Positions 57,982 to 64,000 of a DNA stretch of 64,000 nt are shown here, piece by piece. This stretch comes from an uncultured bacterium (GTDB lineage: Bacteria > Krumholzibacteriota > Krumholzibacteriia > LZORAL124-64-63): the NCBI GenBank assembly GCA_963727525.1, contig CAVSGO010000007.1, forward strand, positions 1,248,001 to 1,312,000. The letters are read 5' to 3'. Each line of letters starts with the position of its first letter. Positions within the stretch are counted from its first letter, which is position 1. The position numbers were made by a program, and so were the translations under genes. Below the pieces are notes generated by a model. The model saw only the letters and a list, made by a program, of their open reading frames with translations, was not told the origin of the DNA and searched no databases.

Positions 57982-59349
57982 ATGAGCATCGACAAGGTCC
58001 TGGCCTATCTCGACACCCACGCTGACAGCCACGTCGATCAGCTCTGCACGTGGCTGCGCATCCCCTCGATCAGTTCGCTCGCCGACCACCGACCGCACGT
58101 TGAACGCGCAGCCGCCTTCGTGGCCGATGAGTTGCGTGCGCTCGGCCTTGGCGTGGACGTCATCACCGGCGACGGCAATCCCCTCGTGTACGCCGAGACC
58201 GAGCAACGCCCGGACCGGCCCACCCTGCTGTTCTACGGACACTACGACGTGCAACCCGTCGATCCGCTACCGCTGTGGACCAGTCCGCCCTTCGAACCGG
58301 TGGTGAAGGACGGCATCGTCTATGCGCGTGGCGCGAGCGACGACAAGGGCCAGCTCTACGCGCACGTCAAGGCGGTCGAAGCGTATGTGAAGACCGGGAC
58401 CCAGCTCCCCGTGAACGTGAAGTTCATCATCGAGGGCGAGGAGGAGTGCGGCGGCCATACTATCTACGCGTACACGGAGCAGCATGCCGACCGCCTCGCG
58501 TGCGATGCCGTGGTCATCAGCGACACCACGCTCTACAACGAGAAGACGCCGGCGATCTGCTACTCGCTCAAGGGCCTCACGTACATGGAGGTCCGCCTCA
58601 CCGGTCCCGCCAAGGATCTGCACTCCGGAAGCTATGGCGGCGTGGTGCAGAATCCCGCCAACGCGATGAGCACGATCATCGCAGCGCTGAAGGACGGGCA
58701 AGGGCGATGCCGCGTCCCCGGCTTCTACGACGACGTCGTCGCGCTCGATGACGACGAGCGCGCGGCGTTCGCGCGGCTGCACTACACCGACGACATCCTG
58801 CGCGACGAGACCGGCGCGCCGGCCGCATTCGGAGAGACCGGATTCACGACGCTCGAGCGCATGTGGGCGCGGCCGACCTGCGACGTCAACGGCCTCGCCA
58901 GCGGCTACGATGGCGAGGGCGCCAAGACCATCATCCCTGCCACGGCCATGGCGAAGGTGAGCATGCGCCTGGTGCCCGATCAGGATCCCGAGAAGATCGC
59001 GGCCGCGTTCACCGACTACGTGCGCTCCGTGTGCCCTCCGGGCGTGGTCTGCGAGATCGAGAACCTGCACAACGCGAGCCCGGTGCTGGTACCGCGCGAC
59101 TCGTCCCTGATGCAGGCCGGTCGACGCGCGTTGCAACACGGCTTCGGCGCCGAACCCGTGTTCATCCGCGAGGGCGGCAGCATTCCGATCGTGGGGACGT
59201 TCCAATCCTGCCTGCGGGTTCCGGTCCTGCTGCTCGGATACGGCCTCTCCACCGACAACATCCATAGTCCAAATGAGAAGTTCGATCTGGTGAATTTCCG
59301 CGCGGGCGCGCGAACCACCGCCCATCTCCTCCAGGAGGCCGCGAGCTGA
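57982..59349 (+). CDS. M20 family dipeptidase
   Basis: YGHYDVQP, ARGASDDKG, EGEEE, DLHSG, GGSIP, HSPNE. Confidence 0.93.
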   Translation: MSIDKVLAYLDTHADSHVDQLCTWLRIPSISSLADHRPHVERAAAFVADELRALGLGVDVITGDGNPLVYAETEQRPDRPTLLFYGHYDVQPVDPLPLWTSPPFEPVVKDGIVYARGASDDKGQLYAHVKAVEAYVKTGTQLPVNVKFIIEGEEECGGHTIYAYTEQHADRLACDAVVISDTTLYNEKTPAICYSLKGLTYMEVRLTGPAKDLHSGSYGGVVQNPANAMSTIIAALKDGQGRCRVPGFYDDVVALDDDERAAFARLHYTDDILRDETGAPAAFGETGFTTLERMWARPTCDVNGLASGYDGEGAKTIIPATAMAKVSMRLVPDQDPEKIAAAFTDYVRSVCPPGVVCEIENLHNASPVLVPRDSSLMQAGRRALQHGFGAEPVFIREGGSIPIVGTFQSCLRVPVLLLGYGLSTDNIHSPNEKFDLVNFRAGARTTAHLLQEAAS

Positions 59350-59362
59350 ACGTGCGGGGAAT

Positions 59363-59391
59363 TTGACAGGACCCGGGAAAGCAGGTAATTT
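59363..59391 (+). promoter_or_regulatory. sigma70 promoter of tRNA-Glu
   Basis: TTGACA-N17-TAATTT. Confidence 0.75.
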
Positions 59392-59410
59392 TCGCCGTCT
59401 CCCTCGAGGC

Positions 59411-59485
59411 GTCCCCTTCGTCTAGTGGTTAGGACACCGCCCTTTCACGGCGGCAACACGGGTTCGAGCCCCGTAGGGGACGCCA
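59411..59485 (+). tRNA. tRNA-Glu(TTC)
   Basis: CCGCC-CT-TTC-AC-GGCGG; GGTTCGAGCCC; GCCA end. Confidence 0.96.
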
Positions 59486-59487
59486 CC

Positions 59488-59913
59488 TCAGCGGCCGCGC
59501 ACCTTGCCCCCGGTGCGTTTCCTCCCCCGCAGCACCACCGTGTAGGAGCTGACGGCGAAGCCGGCGAGGCCATCCACGTTGCGCACCTCGAGCGCGTCCC
59601 AGGGGATGTCGTGGATGACGCCTGTCTGCTCGTCGACGAAATGGTGATGGGCGTCGACGTTGGCGTCGAAGACGGTGGGGCCGTCGTCGAACTGCAGCGG
59701 GCTCAGGAGGCCCTTGCTCACGAAGAGGTTGAGGGTGTTGTAGATGGTGGCGCGCGAGATCACCGGAAGTTGCGCCTGCACCTCCTGCCACACCTGGTCG
59801 GCCGTGAGGTGGCGATCGCGACGTAGCACCACCAGCGCCACCGCCACCCGCTGCGTCGAGGGCTGGATCCCGTGTTGCCGCAAGATGGCTGTGATGTCCT
59901 GAGGATCACGCAT
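59488..59913 (-). CDS. Fur family regulator (PerR/Irr-like, no CxxC)
   Basis: STQR, HLTAD, ISRATIYNTL, FDANVDAHHHF. Confidence 0.9.
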   Translation of the reverse strand: MRDPQDITAILRQHGIQPSTQRVAVALVVLRRDRHLTADQVWQEVQAQLPVISRATIYNTLNLFVSKGLLSPLQFDDGPTVFDANVDAHHHFVDEQTGVIHDIPWDALEVRNVDGLAGFAVSSYTVVLRGRKRTGGKVRGR

Positions 59914-60006
59914 CGTCACACCATAGTCTCACTTCCGGATCCAATCAAATCGCAGCGCCGCCCGACCGGGACGGCGCCGCCAGTACGATCTTCGGGATCC
60001 GCGCGG

Positions 60007-60489
60007 CTACAGCGCCGGCCGCTCGTCGATGGGCGTATCGACATCCACGCGCAGGGCGCTGAGCATGTCGTGGTGCTGCTGCTCCTGCTGCGCAAGATCC
60101 TCGCAGACCGCTTGCAGACCCACATCGGTGAGCGAGTCACGCAGCTCGATGTAGCTATCGCGCGCGCGCGTTTCCATCCCGATGGCGAACTCGATCACGG
60201 CGCGCATCTCTCCGCGCACGATGAGATCGGTGGCCTCGACGCCCAGCGTACGCTCGGTGTCCTCCGCGAGCGTGGCGAGATACTGCGCCCCGTCCACGCC
60301 CTCGTGCTGCAGCAATACGCCGAATCGGTCCACGAGCAGTTCCGCGTGTCCGTTCTCCATCTCCGTGAGTTCAATGAAGACCATCTGCGATTCGCCGTCG
60401 CTCGTGATGTCCGCGGCCTTGGCGTAGAACACCTTGGCGCGCACCTCGTTCGCTATGGCGAGTTTGACGATATCGACAACCTTTTTCAT
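60007..60489 (-). CDS. Ferritin-like / rubrerythrin diiron-domain protein
   Basis: AIANE..FY, EMENGH, AIGME..Y, QEQQH; no rubredoxin domain. Confidence 0.85.
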   Translation of the reverse strand: MKKVVDIVKLAIANEVRAKVFYAKAADITSDGESQMVFIELTEMENGHAELLVDRFGVLLQHEGVDGAQYLATLAEDTERTLGVEATDLIVRGEMRAVIEFAIGMETRARDSYIELRDSLTDVGLQAVCEDLAQQEQQHHDMLSALRVDVDTPIDERPAL

Positions 60490-60730
60490 GGTCCGCCCCT
60501 TCGTGCTGACGCCGAGTCGTTGCCTGGCCACGCGAGCGCGTCGAAGGCAACGCCGGTGACCGTAGCGGCCATGATAATACCTGGCGAACCGACCGGAAAG
60601 CCAAGTCGGACCGAATCAGCTGTGGACCGGATCGAGCCGGTTCGGTCCGCGAGCTTGGTTCCGGCGCCCATTGCGACTAAGTTGGCGGCACCACGCAGAC
60701 GGAGGACCTCATGCCCAGGCGTCCCTTCCC

Positions 60731-61648
60731 GTGACCACCGAGCGCGCCTCCACTGGTGTGGTCTACGGCCTGGCCGCGTACCTCTGGTGGGGCCTGTGTC
60801 CCGTGTACTTCAAGGCCGTGGCCCACGTGCCCGCCGGCGAGATCCTCGCCCACCGGGTGATCTGGTCGTGCTTGCTGTTGCTCCTCATCCTTGCGCGGCG
60901 AGGCCAGCTCGCCCAGGTAGCCGCGGCGGTGCGCGACCGCCGGCTGGTCGCCACGCTGGTGTGCTCCACGCTGCTCGTCGCCACCAACTGGTTCACCTTC
61001 ATCTGGGCCGTCGCCCATGCCCGCCTGTTGCAGGCGAGCCTGGGGTACTTCATCACCCCGTTCGTGAACGTGGTCCTGGGCATGATCGTCCTGCGGGAGC
61101 GGTTGCGGCCGTTGCAGGCGGCGAGCCTGGCGCTGGCCCTCGTGGGCGTGGTGGTCATGGGGATGAAGGTGGGCGGCCTGCCGGCGGTCTCGCTGATCCT
61201 GGCCTTCTCGTTCGGCTTCTACGGGCTGCTGCGCAAACGTGCCGCGGTGTCCGGCACGGTGGGACTCACCGTGGAGACGGCGATGCTGGCGCCGGCGGCG
61301 CTGGGGTACCTGGTCTGGCTGGGCCGCGGCGATCGCCTCGTCTTCGCGCACGCCTCGCTCGCCACCGACAGCTTGCTCGTGGCGGCCGGCGTCGTGACGG
61401 CGTTGCCCCTGGTATGGTTCGCCAATGCCGCCCGTCGGCTGCCGCTCGGCACGCTCGCGTTCCTGCAGTACCTGGCACCGAGCGGGCAGTTCCTGCTCGC
61501 GGTGCTGGCCTACGGCGAGGCGTTCAGCCTCCATGAAGGCGTGAGCTTCGGGTTCATCTGGGCCGCGCTCGTGCTCTTCACGGTCGATGCGGCCCGGCGC
61601 GCGCCGTGGATCAGCGGCCGAGTTCCGAGAGCTTCGCGGCCAGGATGA
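60731..61648 (+). CDS. rarD: RarD family EamA transporter
   Basis: AYLWWG, EILAHRVIWS, NWFTFIWAV, ASLGYFI, FYGLLRK, LQYLAP. Confidence 0.92.
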   Translation: MTTERASTGVVYGLAAYLWWGLCPVYFKAVAHVPAGEILAHRVIWSCLLLLLILARRGQLAQVAAAVRDRRLVATLVCSTLLVATNWFTFIWAVAHARLLQASLGYFITPFVNVVLGMIVLRERLRPLQAASLALALVGVVVMGMKVGGLPAVSLILAFSFGFYGLLRKRAAVSGTVGLTVETAMLAPAALGYLVWLGRGDRLVFAHASLATDSLLVAAGVVTALPLVWFANAARRLPLGTLAFLQYLAPSGQFLLAVLAYGEAFSLHEGVSFGFIWAALVLFTVDAARRAPWISGRVPRASRPG

Positions 61649-61940
61649 AATCGCTCTCGGTGAGCCCGTTCACCTTGTGCGTGAAGATCTCCACCTCGAC
61701 GTCGCCCCATGTGAAGCTGATGTTCGGATGGTGGTTCTCGGCCTCGGCGATCTCACCGATGCGGTTGACCAGTGCAAGCGCGAGCTTGAAATCGGGCATC
61801 TTCCAGCGGCGGTGCAGGTGATGGCCATCGACGATGTCCCACTCGGGCACCTGGGAGGCGAGTTCGGCGATCTGGGCCGGCGCCAGCGCAGGCACGCCGC
61901 CACTGCACGGGATGCAGCGCTTCTGGGCGAGGTCGCTCAT
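61611..61940 (-). CDS. Pterin-4-alpha-carbinolamine dehydratase
   Basis: CIPC, AEAENHHP, THKVNGLTESDFILAAK. Confidence 0.93.
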   Translation of the reverse strand: MSDLAQKRCIPCSGGVPALAPAQIAELASQVPEWDIVDGHHLHRRWKMPDFKLALALVNRIGEIAEAENHHPNISFTWGDVEVEIFTHKVNGLTESDFILAAKLSELGR

Positions 61941-62395
61941 CGAGGTTCTCCCTGGTTGGCGGTCGGCAGATCGCTGAAATACTCGTGCATCATCGCCTTC
62001 AGATCGGCGGCCACGGCCTCGGCCGTACGGCCCTCGATCTGCAGCCGCGGCAGGTACGCCACGGCGCGGCCTTCCTTGAGCAGGTAGACGCTGGGGCTGC
62101 TCGCCGGAAACTCCGGGAAATGACTGCGAAAACGCGCGGTGGCCTCAAGATCCTGGCCGGCAAAGACAGTCGCCAGCTTCGCGGGACGCGGCGCTCCGTT
62201 GCCCAGCGTCATCGCCAGGGCCGGGCGGGCGTTGCCCGCGGCGCAGCCGCACACGCTGTTGACGAAGACGAGGGCGGCGGAGCCGGTGGTACCGGCGAGG
62301 AATTGGTCGACGTCGGCCGGGGTGCGCAGCTCGCACAGGCCGAGACGGGTCACTTCCGTGCGCATGGGTTGTGTCAGCAGGCTATCAAACGGCAT
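61937..62395 (-). CDS. BrxA/BrxB family bacilliredoxin
   Basis: PMRTE, VNSVCGCAAGNARP, TVFAGQD, SSPS, IEGR. Confidence 0.93.
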   Translation of the reverse strand: MPFDSLLTQPMRTEVTRLGLCELRTPADVDQFLAGTTGSAALVFVNSVCGCAAGNARPALAMTLGNGAPRPAKLATVFAGQDLEATARFRSHFPEFPASSPSVYLLKEGRAVAYLPRLQIEGRTAEAVAADLKAMMHEYFSDLPTANQGEPR

Positions 62396-62432
62396 GGGCT
62401 ACCCCCGACTCTGGTCCTATCAGCGACGGCGA

Positions 62433-62448
62433 TAAACGTCGACGTTTA
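62433..62448. promoter_or_regulatory. Perfect 16-bp palindrome, candidate operator
   Basis: TAAACGTCGACGTTTA, 37 nt upstream of the brx ATG. Confidence 0.5.
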
Positions 62449-62503
62449 CGATCAACTATCGTCCAATCTACTCAGGAATAACAAGGCTGCAACCGCCAGC
62501 GCG

Positions 62504-63103
62504 TCATTCGCGATCGGGGTCCGGCACCATGATGGTCTCGAGCGGCGTCTCGTCGTACATGGCCGCCTCTCGCGACTTCAGATCCTGGTACGCGTGCCAC
62601 AGAGCCTGCGCGTGGAAGAGTCGCCGGAGAGCGGAGAGATCGACGGCGCGCTCGGCCATCATCTCCCACAGGGCGTACTGCGCGGCGCTGTCGGGCCGGG
62701 CGATCACGGCCGAAACGGAGGTGGGCAGCGCCAGTTCGGGCAGCGTCAGGAACAGGAGGCTGTCGACGACAGACGTCGCTGGCCTGGATGCGTCACGGTC
62801 GGTGGCGATGCGCACATCCCAGGCGCGATCCCACCACGCGGCATCGTCCAGCCTGGGATGTGGCTTGACGGGTTCGGGCCCCACCTGGGGCCGGATGACC
62901 GGTGGCGGCGGCGCGGTCGGCCACGCGATCACCTCGAAGGCGATGTCGGGAGAGGAGGACACGTCGGCCGAAATCGGGCCACGCCCGGCGAGCCAGTGCG
63001 CCCACCACGACTCGGGGATGCGTCCCACGGCGAGGATCACGAGCGCGGCCGCGATCCAGCAGCCGAGCCACGGTGGGCGTGGTCGGGGACGGTGGCGTGG
63101 CAT
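62504..63103 (-). CDS. Hypothetical protein with an N-terminal TM segment
   Basis: Hydrophobic N-terminus, Pro-rich linker, fits the operon spacing between birA and brx. Confidence 0.6.
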   Translation of the reverse strand: MPRHRPRPRPPWLGCWIAAALVILAVGRIPESWWAHWLAGRGPISADVSSSPDIAFEVIAWPTAPPPPVIRPQVGPEPVKPHPRLDDAAWWDRAWDVRIATDRDASRPATSVVDSLLFLTLPELALPTSVSAVIARPDSAAQYALWEMMAERAVDLSALRRLFHAQALWHAYQDLKSREAAMYDETPLETIMVPDPDRE

Positions 63104-63110
63104 GGCGCAC

Positions 63111-64000
63111 CTACGCCGGGCGGCCGTGCGAGTTCCCGCGGTCATCATAGGCCATACGGCCACCCACGATCGGGTCCTCGTGCCCCGCGATGCGCAGCGA
63201 AAGATCGTCGGCGATGGCCACGACCTTGCCGGCCGCGAGCGGCGGCGGCAACTGGTCGGCTCGCGCCGCGTCGGGCAGACCCTCGGCCCAGATCCGCACC
63301 GTCCGCCCGACGTCCCGGCAACTGTTCCGGTACGCGTCCACGAGCGCCGCGCTGCCGTCTCGCTGGAGCTGGGCGACGTGACCGGCGATCGCCGCCAGCA
63401 ACGCCGCGACGAGGCGGCCGGGCTGGGCCGCCGCCGTCGCTCCGGCCGGGTGGTCGGCCAGGCACGTGACCCGCGGCACGCAGAGCGTGGGCGGGACGGG
63501 CGGCGCCACCCGGATGTTCACGCCGATGCCCAGGACGATCGCGGTCAGCCGGTCGCCCCGGCTCTGGGTGGCGGCGATCACACCGGCGAGCTTGGCGTCG
63601 CCGACCAGCACGTCGTTCACCCACTTGAGGCGGGTGTCGAGCCCCTCGCCACACACGGCGCGCAACGCCGAGATGGTCGCCACGGCGGCCAGGGCGGACA
63701 CGCCGCCGGCGGCGCGCGCCGCCGGCAGATCGACCGGTAGGGCGGCGCTGAGATGCAGGTTGCCCGCGACCGCACGCCACGGCCGCCCCCGGTTGCCGTG
63801 AAAACCGCGGCCGGTCAGGGCGAGCGTCGCGACAGGACCGGCCAGATGCGCTTCGGCACGCGCCGACTCCACCAGCACGTCGTACTGCGAGCGCGGGGCG
63901 TCGGACACGAGCACCACGTGACGCCAGGCGTCCAGCCCCGGGGCCGGCACCACGTGCCATGCCTGCGGTGTCTGCGCGCCTAGCCGCGCCCACCACGCCT
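63111..64000 (-). CDS. birA: Biotin-protein ligase (5' end outside the window)
   Basis: NRGRPW, GNLHLS, LKWVNDVL...KLAGV, GIGVN. Confidence 0.8.
   Translation of the reverse strand, partial: AWWARLGAQTPQAWHVVPAPGLDAWRHVVLVSDAPRSQYDVLVESARAEAHLAGPVATLALTGRGFHGNRGRPWRAVAGNLHLSAALPVDLPAARAAGGVSALAAVATISALRAVCGEGLDTRLKWVNDVLVGDAKLAGVIAATQSRGDRLTAIVLGIGVNIRVAPPVPPTLCVPRVTCLADHPAGATAAAQPGRLVAALLAAIAGHVAQLQRDGSAALVDAYRNSCRDVGRTVRIWAEGLPDAARADQLPPPLAAGKVVAIADDLSLRIAGHEDPIVGGRMAYDDRGNSHGRPA

Noticed and set aside
59411-64000. Genomic island integrated at tRNA-Glu or at the Ser/Arg/Ala tRNAs
   Set aside because: No integrase, no duplicated tRNA 3' end and no obvious compositional shift.

Overview
High-GC (roughly 70% by eye) chromosomal backbone of a diderm bacterium. 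The gene mix (mglBA beside dnaX-ybaB-recR, spoVG, DUF2232 between rpsR and rplI, bacilliredoxin, SpoIVB-type peptidase) suggests an FCB-affiliated candidate phylum such as Krumholzibacteriota or Latescibacterota; this is inference only. Most genes are on the minus strand. In window order they are: the rib operon under an FMN riboswitch, ftsY-smc-SPOR-selA, an envelope cluster, ribosomal-protein genes with pth and prs, a glycan cluster coupled to recA-recX, cinA-pgpA, mglBA, recR-ybaB-dnaX with SRP RNA, tRNA clusters, tadA, asmA-mnmA, a TonB/ExbBD operon, murB, comM, an M20 peptidase, fur and a ferritin-like gene, rarD, brx and birA. Eight tRNA genes were found in total. No integrase, transposase, prophage or CRISPR array was seen. 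The top finding is a 56-aa bacterial histone-fold gene (57627-57797, minus) that the ORF track misses. Next are a pair of long perfect hairpins with different stems but almost the same 23-nt loop (34508-34775), a sigma-28-type promoter on mglBA whose -10 motif recurs upstream of spoVG and the histone gene, and a degenerate MinD/ParA-like domain fused to a TM segment and SPOR upstream of smc. All calls come from reading motifs by eye; no searches were run, and start codons are best estimates.
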